Assembly: GCF_006345805.1 (NCBI RefSeq)
Contig: NC_043018.1
Coordinates: 23,808,001 to 23,872,000 of the forward strand
Direction of reading: 5' to 3'
Length of the DNA stretch: 64,000 nucleotides
Source of the DNA: Octopus sinensis
Taxonomy: Eukaryota
A model generated the notes under the pieces. That model made no database searches and was not told the origin of the DNA. It worked only from the letters and a program-made list of their open reading frames with translations. The position numbers and the translations under genes were made by a program. Of the stretch, positions 54,070 through 64,000 are shown piece after piece (position 1 is the first letter of the stretch; each line of letters starts with the position of its first letter).

Positions 54070-54640
54070 TTGATGATGATGACGATGGTGGTGGTGGTGG
54101 TGGTGGTGGTTGTGGTGGTTGTGGTGGTGGTGGCGGTGGTGGCTGTGGTGGTGGTGGTGGTGATGTGGTGGTGGTGGTGTGGTGAGGTGTTGGTTGTTTG
54201 GTGATGGTGGTGGTGGCGGTGGTGTTGTGGTGGTGGTGGTGGTGGTGGTGGTAGTGGTGGTGTGGTGATGGTGGCGGCGGTGGTGGTAGTGGTGTGTGGT
54301 GGTTGTGGTGGCGGTGGTGGTGATGATGTGGTGGTTGTGTGGTTGTGGTGGTGGTGGGTGGTGGGGCTGTGGTGTGGTGGTGGTGGTGGTGGTTGTGGTG
54401 GTTGTGGTGGTGATGGTGGTGTGTGGTGGTGTGTGATGGTGGTGGTTGTTGTGGTGATGTGGTGGTGGCTGTGGTGGTTGTGGTGGTGTGGCGGTGGTGG
54501 TGGTGGTAGTGGTGGTGGTGGTGATGGTGGCGGCGGTGGTGGTAGTGGTGGTGGTGGTGGTTGTGGTGGTGGTGGTGGTGGTGGTGGTGGTGGTGATGGT
54601 GGTGGTGGCGGTGGTTATGATGAGGACAATGATGATGGTG
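54070..54640. repeat. Degenerate (GGT)n tract; shorter (GGY)n tract at 59905-60045
   Basis: Read directly; explains the poly-Gly/Val/Pro/His ORFs in the track. Confidence 0.95.
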
Positions 54641-55138
54641 TTGTTTTTAAGTAGGATAAAGGAGTGTTTTGTTCTTTACCATAAAACTCACTGACATCAG
54701 CAGCAGCAGCAGCAGCCTCGGCAGCAGCAGCAAGCAAGAGCAACTGTAACAATTGAATCTAGTCAGAACTGTCATCAGCTTTCATTCTCATCATAATTTC
54801 TACTAGTGTACTTCCAGTTTGACATGGGCTAGTATTACATACATACATAGACACACACACATACATACATACATACAGGCATACATACATACACACACTC
54901 ACATACACATACACACGCGCGTGTGTATGTAATAAAAAAGAAATGTATGTATGAACACCTTACCCACTACACCACATAACATGCATACATTTGTATATTC
55001 ATGTATGTATATAGATACATATATGGACAGATATATATGTATAAAATATATATATATATATATCCATGAAGGATATATAATACTGTACATTTCGATTGAA
55101 ATATGCGTATGTATATGTGTGTGTGTGTATGTGGGTGT

Positions 55139-55174
<36 letters not shown>

Positions 55175-55559
55175 TCTTTTATTTGTTTCAGTCATTTGAA
55201 TGCAGCCATGCTGGAGCACCACCTTTAATCAAATTAATCGACCCTAGGACTTATTCTTTGTAAGACTGGTACTTATTCTATCAGTCTCTTTTGCCGAACC
55301 GCTAAGTTACGGGGACATAATCACACTAACATCGGTTGTCAAGTGATGGGCGGGGGTAAACACAGACACACAAACATATATATACGACAGGCTTCTTTCA
55401 GTTTCCATCTCCTAAATCTACTTACAAGTCTTTGATCAGCCTGAGGCTATAGTACAAGACGCTTGCCCAAGGTGCCACGTAGTGGGACTGAACCTGGAAC
55501 CATGTGGTTGGTAAGCTAGCTACTTACCACATGGGTTTCAGTCAGAGGCTTCAGTCAGA

Positions 55560-56460
55560 GGTATTAGTATTGCTTCTGGTGAAGTAGCAAGTTGGACATT
55601 GTCACTTTCCTTTCTGCTTCCTGTCACGATGTGGATTCATCCTGTATTGCAAATAAAAATCTGTCTGGACGTTTTTTGAAGACTTTCGTGCCTACACCTT
55701 GCACATCCCTGATCTTTTGTGATAGGGTATTATAAAAAGTTGTGCTCCCTTAAGTCCCAAGTTATTACAATATTGGGTTTATATCCTTGATGGATAAGAC
55801 GGGACCTTTGGTACTGTGCAGTGCCATCCTGTTCGAGGATTGTTGTAGCTTTCTATTCCAAAATTTGGAGCTAGACCCTCCAGTATTTTCCATATGTATA
55901 GCACTGCATATCTCTCACGTCTCCTCTCCAGGGAGTAGAGTCCCAGTTCCTTTAACCTCTCCCAGTAGCTCATGTGTTTTACTGAGTCTATTTTCTTTGT
56001 GTAGTGGCATTGGATTGCCTCTGGTTCTGCAATTAGTTTTACACTCTGTGGTGACCACAGTTGGGAGCAGTAGCCCAGACAACTGAGGACAAAGCGTCTC
56101 CAAAGTAGAAGCATTGTGTATCTGTTCCTGTGTCTTGAAGCATCTCAGGATCCAATCTGCCATCCACCTGCATAGTGCAGCCATCTGAGCAATTTCCACC
56201 TAGAAAATTGCATCAATGCTCATATGGATTCCCAGGTCGCACACCGACTCTACCTCTGGGATTACATTGCCCTGTGGTCCTATGCACTTCAGTTGTAGTT
56301 TGTTTGTGGGCTGATAGCGGGGTGCTTGAAATTTTGCAGCATTGAACTGCATATTATTCTCATCCGCCTACTTATATATTGCATGCAGGTCATTCTACAA
56401 TCTTAGGATGTCAATAGGATCCTTGACTGCCTGCGATACTTTTGTATTGTTGCATAGCTG
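55560..56460 (-). mobile_element. CR1-like LINE 3' ORF fragment
   Basis: FVLSCLGYCSQLWSP...YWERLKELGLYSLERRRERY..LYIWKILEGL. Confidence 0.8.
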
Positions 56461-56613
56461 GTGAGTGTCGCTAACCCTATGGGCGAGGGTCTAAGTACAT
56501 ACACACATGTATATATGTACATGTGTATTTATATATATACATACACACACAAATATATATATATATACAGACACACACACACACATATATATATATATAG
56601 ACATATATATATA

Positions 56614-56644
<31 letters not shown>

Positions 56645-56939
56645 CATACACACACATACACACACACACATATATATATTCATTTATTTGTTCCAGTCAC
56701 TTGACTGCAGCAATGCTGGAGCACTGCCTTTAGTCGAGCAAATCACTCCCAGGACTTATTTGTAAGCCTAGTACTTATTCTATCGGCCTCTTTTGCCGAA
56801 CATAAACACACAAGCATCAGCTGTCAAGTGATGGTGGAGGGACAAACACGGACATATGTACACAAATATATATTTATTTATTTATTTATATATATATATA
56901 TATTGCTTTTTAGTATGTGACCTCGTGAAGACTACCTGC

Positions 56940-57110
56940 AATTTTTTTTTCTCTGTCCTCCCGTCTCGGGATCTTTCTTTCTCCTATGTTTCCGACGAAG
57001 AGCTCCGCTCGAAACGTCATACCCTCCTTCTTCCATTTTCCTGAGCGCCTAATAATAATAATGCTGTAATTGTTCCACGTGTTGTTGTTTTTTCTGTTTT
57101 CCCGTTTGGA
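56940..57110 (+). mobile_element. Penelope-like element terminus with minimal hammerhead motif
   Basis: GTTT CCGACGA A GAGC TCC GCTC GAAAC GT C at 56988-57018. Homologous copy at ~53190-53350(-). Confidence 0.6.
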
Positions 57111-57114
57111 TTAA

Positions 57115-57151
<37 letters not shown>

Positions 57152-57709
57152 CAGGCTTCTTTAGTTTTTGTCTACCAAATCCACTCACAAGGCTTTGGCC
57201 AGCCTGAAGCTATAGTAGAAGACACTTGCCCAAGGTGCCACGTAGTGGGACTGAACTTGGAACCATGTGGTTGGTAAGCAAGCAACTTAACACACAGCCA
57301 CCTGTAAATTATGACAGTAAAAAACTGAATAATTTATGAGCGATGATTTGCATGCTTAATAAAATTCATAAGACATAACATATTTTTATATATAAAGATT
57401 TGTACACAGGAAGAAGAATTATTTTTTTGTGGTTTGGTTTTAACTGACTTTTTTAGCATGTAAGAAGTCCTGTCAAGGGTCTTCTCTCTGTGAATAAATC
57501 TCTATACACTCTTGTGTGTGTGTGTGAATTTATATATTTGTGTCACTGTCTTTCCATTGCATTCAATATAGATTAGTGTCACTGTCATAGAAGCAGCATC
57601 ATTCATTTCCAGTAATATGCAAGTCCATATCCAGCCAGGTGGAAACAGGTGAGAATTGGCAACAAGAAGGGCATCTGGCCATAGAAAATTTTGCTCAATA
57701 AATTCTGAC

Positions 57710-57771
57710 AAACCCAAGCAAACATGGAAAATTGTATGAAGAAGTGATGATGATGATAATGATACACACAC

Positions 57772-57823
<52 letters not shown>

Positions 57824-57934
57824 AGATAGGGGTTGTAAATTCAACCCTCCATGGGATAACATATATCCAATATACTGCTAATAAACCCAAGCAAACATGG
57901 AAAATTGTATGAAGAAGTGATGATGATGATAATG

Positions 57935-57991
<57 letters not shown>

Positions 57992-58052
57992 AATGAGATA
58001 GGGGTTGTAAATTCAACCCTCCATGGGATAACATATATCCAATATACTGCTA
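57710..58052. repeat. Direct tandem duplication, ~172-bp unit x2
   Basis: AAACCCAAGCAAACATGG...CCAATATACTGCTA at 57710 and 57883; internal microsatellite lengths differ. Confidence 0.9.
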
Positions 58053-58595
58053 GAGAAGTACCCAACAAAGCTAATACATAAGTGTTAAAAATTGTGATGC
58101 AATTAATTCATCTACTGTATTATGTGGGCAAAGGTAAAATTATTTTTACCGTAAATTAATAATACAAAATGAGAAAATGGAGGATGATTGATTTAGATAT
58201 ATTTCTCCATTTTCTCATTTTGTATATATATATATATAATATAAATGTAAGATCTAGGGATCCAGGCTTAGGAAGAAAGTTAGCTTCAAGCAATCCACAG
58301 TAAATATAAAAAAAACCCTGTCAGGGACAATGGAAGGTTCTGGATTTTTTTCATATTGAAGAATGATGAAAAAAATGTTCTTTTTACAATCCATGGAAGG
58401 CAACCAGGGTGGCCAGGCAAGAAAATATGAATACAAGAGTTATGGAATGATATCTTTTAATTTAATCAAAATATCCTTGGTGTGAAGAGTAGCTGGCAGT
58501 ATACTCTTCACCTGGATTTTTACCACCTCTGAGATTCCACCCGCTATGAAACATATGTAACCCAGATCTTACATACTCCATTCCATAACTTTCAC

Positions 58596-58626
<31 letters not shown>

Positions 58627-58660
58627 TATATAAGTCAAAAAAATGGAACAAGAACACAAG

Positions 58661-58889
58661 AGATGACAATAAAGCATCCAGACAGATAGATGATAAAAAG
58701 ACGGACAGGAAAAAATAAGCATGGGTCAATTGCAGCAATCTCTCATCAGTCAAGTATCCAGACAGTCATAATAATTTCAGCTGGTTGTCTGGATACTTGA
58801 CTGATGAGAGATTGCTGCAAATGACCCATGCTTATTTTTTCCTGTCCGTCTTTTTATCATCTATCTGTCCGGATGCTTTATTGTCATCT
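58661..58889. repeat. Near-perfect inverted repeat, 104-bp arms, 21-nt loop
   Basis: Arms 58661-58764 and 58786-58889 with 2 mismatches. Confidence 0.93.
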
Positions 58890-58974
58890 GTTCCATTCCT
58901 GCTCTGTTTTTGGGATCCATATATACATACAGTAGCGTACGTACACTTTTACTCACCTTAGAGATATACTTATA

Positions 58975-59885
58975 TCATCATCATCAACGTTTAACATCTG
59001 CTTTCCATGCTAGCATGGGTTGGATAATTGACTGAGGACTAGCAAACCAGATGGCTGCACCAGACTCCAATCTGATCTGGCAGAGTTTCTACAGCTGGAT
59101 GCCCTTCCTAACGCCAACCACTCCAAGAGTGTAGTGGGTGCTTTTATGTGCCACCGGCACGAGGGCCAGTCAGGTGGTACTGGCAATGGCCACTCTCAAA
59201 TGGTGCTTTTTATGTGCCACTTGCACAGGAGCCAGTCCAGTGGCACTGGCAACAACCTCACTCGAATGTTTTTCACGTGCCACCAGCACAAGTGCTAGTA
59301 AGGCGACGTGGTAATGATCACGCTCAAATGGTGATTTTAACGTACCATTGGCACGGAGGCCAGCTTGTTGCTCTGGCAATGATCTAACTCATATGGTACT
59401 CTTAGCGCTCCACTAGCACAGGTGCCAGTCATTGAATTTGATTTCAATTTTGATTTCACTTGCCTCAACAGGTCTTCGCAAGCAGAGTTTAGTGTCCATG
59501 AAGGAAAGGTACGCATAAGTGGACTGGTTACACCCCTGGCATAGGCCACAAGTCTATGGTCTCACTTGCGCTTCTCAAGTACAGAATATTTTCAGAGGTC
59601 CCGGTCACTAGTCATTGCCTCGGTGAGGCCCAATGTTTGAAGGTCATGCTTCACTACCTCATCCCAGGTCTTCCTGGGTCTACCTCTTTCACAGGTTCCC
59701 TCAACTGCTAGGGTGTGGCACTTTTTCACACAGCTATCCACATCCATTCTTGCCACATGACCATACCAGCGCAGTCATCTCTCTTGCACACCACATCTCA
59801 TGCTTCTTAGGTCCAACCTTTCTCCCAAGGCACTAACACTCGGTCGAGTATGCACACTGACATCACACACCCATCGGAGCATGCT
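58975..59885 (-). mobile_element. RTE-clade LINE 3' end with complete 3' UTR
   Basis: RLRWYGHVARMD..CVKKCHTL.VEGTC.RGRPRKTWDEVVKHDL ORF end, then GCCGGTGGCACGTAAAAAGCACC modules and an (ATG)n tail. Confidence 0.85.
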
Positions 59886-60561
59886 GGCTTCATTCCTTGC
59901 GAGCTTGGTGGTGGTGGTGGTGGCGGCGGTGGTTGTGGCGGTGGTGGTGGTGGTAGCGGTGGTGGTGGTGGTGGCGGTGGTGGCGGCGGCGGTGGTGGTG
60001 GCGGCGGCGGCGGCGGCGGCGGTGGTGGTGGTGGTGATGGTGATGATGATGTGTGCATGTATGTGCGTATGTTTGATGGGCTTCTTTCAGTATCCTTCCA
60101 CCAAATTCACTCACAAGGCTTTGGCCAGTCTGTGTGCTATATGAGAAGACACTTACCCAAGGTGCTGTACAGTCGAACTGAACCTGAGACCAGATGGTTG
60201 GGAACCGAGCTCCTTAAGCACACAGCTACACCTTTACCTATATCAATGCTGGACTATATACGATACAGTGAAGAGTTCAAATCTTGACACAGCAGTAATT
60301 GTGTTGTGTACAGTAAACACTAATGATTCTTTCTCTGAGAAAAAAAGAAAAAAACAAAAAACAGAGGTGGAAGAAATAAGTAACAAGGAAGCTTGTTTGG
60401 AACACAGAATACAAGCTTTATTCTATCAAATATCAGATATCAGTATTCAGCTATTTTACATTAGTTTAGAGCAAGTGCTTTGCCTTGACTCACTTTTGTG
60501 ATGGCGGCAGTATTTATTTAGTTTATCATGCGTTATATATATATATATACATATATATTTA

Positions 60562-60596
<35 letters not shown>

Positions 60597-61274
60597 ACAC
60601 AAATATATATAGGTGCAGGAGTGGCTGTGTGGTAAGTAGCTTGTTTACGAATCACATGGTTCTGGGTTAAGTCCCACTGCGTGGCACCTTGGGCAAGTGT
60701 CTTCTACTATAGCTATGGGCCAACCAAAGCCTTGTGAATGGATGTGGTAGATGGAAACTGAAAGAAGCCCGTTGTATATATATGTGTGTGTATGTGTGTG
60801 TGTGTATGTGTTCATCCTCCTATCATCGCTTGACAACTGATGTTGGTGTGTTTACGTCCCTGTAACTTAGTGGTTCGGCAAAAGAGGCTGATAGAATAAT
60901 TACTAAGCTTACAAATAATAAGTCTTGGGGGGTCAATTTGTTCGACTAAAGCCGGTGCTCCAGCATGGCCACAGTCAAATGACTGAAACAAATAAAAGAA
61001 TTAAAGAATATATATCTATATCTATATATATACATACATACATACACATATGCTATTTTACTCTTTTACTTGTTTCAGTCAATTGACTGCAGCCATGCTG
61101 GAGCACTGCCTTTAGTCAAACAAATTGACTGTAGGACTTATTCTTTGTAAGCCTAGCACTTACTCTATCCATCTCTTTTGCCAAACCGCTAAGTTACGGG
61201 AACATAAGCACACCAACATTGGTAGTCAAGCAATGGTGGTGGGGACAAACACAGACACAAATATATACATAGTT

Positions 61275-61890
61275 CTACAAATCCAGTCATATTTGTCAAA
61301 AATGGAAGAGATAAGATGTTAAAAAGTTGTGAGAAGTTTACTTGCTCATACAATCATTTCGTACATAGATATAAATTCATTTTAATAAATGAATTTATAT
61401 CTATATATGAAGCGACTGTGGAGGCGCAATGGCCCAGTGGTTAGGGCAGCGGACTCGCGGTCATAGGATCGCGGTTTCGATTCCCAGACCAGGCGTTGTG
61501 AGTGTTTATTGAGCGAAAACACCTAAAAGCTCCAGGAGGCTCTGGCAGGGGATGGTGGCGATCCCTGCTGTACTCTTTCACCACAACTTTCTCTTACTTC
61601 CTGTTTCTGTTGTACCTGTATTTCAAGGGGGCGGCCTTGTCACTCTCTGTGTCACGCTGAATATCCCCGAGAACTACGTTAAGGGTGCACGTGTCTGTGG
61701 AGTGCTCAGCCAGTTACATGTTAATTTCACGAGCAGGCTGTTCTGTTGATTCGGATCAACCGGAACCCTCATCGTCGTAACCGACGGAATGCTTCCATCC
61801 ATATGAAGCGACTGCATGCATGAATAAACTTCTTACAACTTTTTAGCATCTTATCTCTTCCATTTTTGACAAATATGATTGGATTTGTAG
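61275..61890. repeat. ~220-bp fold-back element interrupted by a SINE
   Basis: Removing SINE 61419-61800 and one TSD restores a continuous hairpin centred at ~61385. Confidence 0.85.
61419..61800 (+). mobile_element. SINE family B, young copy
   Basis: 14-bp TSD ATATGAAGCGACTG at 61405-61418 and 61801-61814. Confidence 0.9.
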
Positions 61891-62076
61891 GACATCATTC
61901 CATAAATTCATCATGCACTTAATATTCTAATACTAACTTTTCATATCTTCTCCTGGTAACACCAGTAAACTCTCAGCAAAGTATGAAGAATCAACATTAG
62001 AAATTTTTTTGGAAACCACTCGAAATAAAGGACGAATCCATATTCAACCTTTTACACACGTATATATGTGCATATG

Positions 62077-62129
<53 letters not shown>

Positions 62130-62366
62130 TGTCGCTTCACTGTACCAACGTCGCTTCACTACCAATGTCGCTTCACTTACCAACGTCGCTTCACATACCA
62201 ACGTTGCTTCACATACCAACGTCGCTTCACTGGCACGTGCAAAAGGATTCAAGCGAGATCGTTGCCAATACCGCCTGACTGGCGCCCGTGCCGGTGGCAC
62301 GTAAAAAGCACCCACTATACTCTCGGAGTGGTTGGCGTTAGAAAGGGCATCTAGCTGTAGAAACAC

Positions 62367-62980
62367 CTGGTGTAAGCTATGGACACATAAGAGGTGCAGC
62401 AACATCAAAGGAAAATTAACCAAGATAGCTTCCGTGTGCGACAGATGCACAGGGGCATTAAACACCACAGATTCCATTACACTCCAGGGGTAAAAACTAG
62501 AAGTAGTTGACAGCTTCCGCTACCTAGGTGACCAAGTTAGTTGTGGGGATGGATGCTCAGAGAGTGTTACCACTAGAATAAGAATAGCCAGGGCAAAGTT
62601 TAAAAAGCTTCTACCCCTACTGGTGACAATGGGCCTCTTGCTCAGAGTGAAAGGAAGATTGTACAATGCATGTGTGTGAACTGCCATGCTTCACAGCCGT
62701 GAAACATGGGCCGTGACTGCGGAGGACATGCGTAGGCTTGAAAGAAATGAAGTTATATCTATGTACGAAATGATTGCATGATCTGCTGGATGTGTAATGT
62801 CAGTGTGCACACATGACAGAGTGTAAGCGCCCTGAGAGAAATGTTGGACATAAGAAGCATCGGATGTGGCATGCAAGAGACGTTTGCGCTGATGTGGTCA
62901 TGTACTAGGGATGGATGAGGAGAGCTGTGTGAAGAAGTGCCACTCTCAAACAGTTGAAGGAATCTGTTTGAGGTAGACCC
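62367..62980 (+). mobile_element. RTE reverse transcriptase C-terminal fragment
   Basis: EVVDSFRYLGD...RIRIARAKFKKLLPLL...KGRLYNACV..ETW; contains stops. Confidence 0.85.
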
Positions 62981-62985
62981 AGGAA

Positions 62986-63024
<39 letters not shown>

Positions 63025-64000
63025 GTGTTTATGAATGAGTGCGTGTGTGAATTTGTTTTGAGAATAATTTTCTGCCTCTCTATAAGTATATAAATGTGTG
63101 TGCTTGTGTGTGTGAGTGTGGTGTGTGTGTGTGTGTGTGTGTGTAGCACATATGTGCATCACAATTCATCTTCTTAGAGACACTATAAAGAAGATCTAGT
63201 GTTTCCCAAACTTTTTGCGCCAAATTGCAATATTGCCCTCCTATCAGCCAAAAAAATTCTCTATTGCCCACCTGTGTAACAAAAACCCTGACACAACCCC
63301 CAACACAAAATCCCCTAGCCCCACCCCTATATCATTTGACACACACACACACACACTGCATTGTAGACTCATTGCCCTGTTAGTGCCATTTGGACTAAAT
63401 ATATAGTTGTTTACAAATCCCTTATTGTAGGTTTAGTTTTGCCGTTAGTGTCAATAAAATGTTGACTCTATATTATGCTGACAAATTAACTTCTGGAAAC
63501 TTGCACTTTCTTTTCACTGATTTTTATTTTCCCCAAATGAACCATTGATCAGAATTAGTGATGCAAAAATAATTAATGATTGTATTATAAAGGAAAAGAA
63601 TACAACTTTTTAATGGGAACCATGTGTCTGGTGTGATGCAATTGTGCAGATACATTCAGTTTCAAACTTGTCAACTTTAGCTGCAAGTCTCCTTGTTGTG
63701 TCACTTCCAGTCTAATTCTTTTATGGGAAAATAAAGTTCCAGCATGGTTAAAACCAGATTCAACCAGATATGAGGTAGGGAAGGCAAGCAAAAGCAATTT
63801 CAGATGTTTTCACAGACAGGGGTAGGAATTTAATATACTCTGATGGTACCACAAACCTTCTTCGCCATTACAGTGATATTGCATTGTGGTGTCATTGTTA
63901 TTTTGTAACTCTATGAATTCCTGCTGAACGTCAGTCATCCTTGCAATCATCTGCATTGATCTCAAATGGATTGCTATACCAATTTGGAATATTCAGGTCA

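Noticed and set aside
54262-60287. Poly-Gly, poly-Val, poly-Pro and poly-His ORFs
   Set aside because: They are translations of (GGT)n tracts with no splice or domain context.
1297-61800. SINE heads as tRNA genes
   Set aside because: They have A/B boxes but no complete cloverleaf and continue into multi-copy SINE bodies. Only 37946-38017 folds fully.

Overview
Eukaryotic, intron-dominated, repeat-rich window. The SINE, microsatellite and RTE landscape points to an Octopus-type cephalopod genome; this is inference from recognition, not from a search. The minus strand carries the 5' part of a TAB2/TAB3-like gene. Coding exon 1 (13733-13632) and a 961-nt exon 2 (2803-1843) splice in frame to give an N-terminal CUE-like domain, a long S/P/Q/H-rich linker and the start of the coiled-coil (DDQAYTK). 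The remaining exons lie beyond position 1. CpG-rich, promoter-like regions lie at ~40.5-41.2 kb and ~46.1-46.4 kb. The second has two outward-facing splice donors and probably holds the first exon of a plus-strand gene. Between the two regions are a 1.48-kb tandem duplication and a ~490-bp TA-rich satellite. The rest is several tRNA-derived SINE families, RTE and CR1 LINE fragments, a full-length but disrupted mariner, MITEs, one tRNA-Glu(TTC) gene or pseudogene, and microsatellites. Nearly all ORFs in the supplied track are repeat artefacts. The most interesting unexplained signal is a set of 60-320 bp fold-backs and dispersed motifs carrying hammerhead-ribozyme core sequences (CTGANGA...GAAAC-palindrome-GTH), probably termini of Penelope-like retroelements. 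In several of them the inversion centre lies just 5' of the GAAAC half of the ribozyme. All structures were read by eye and none was computed.
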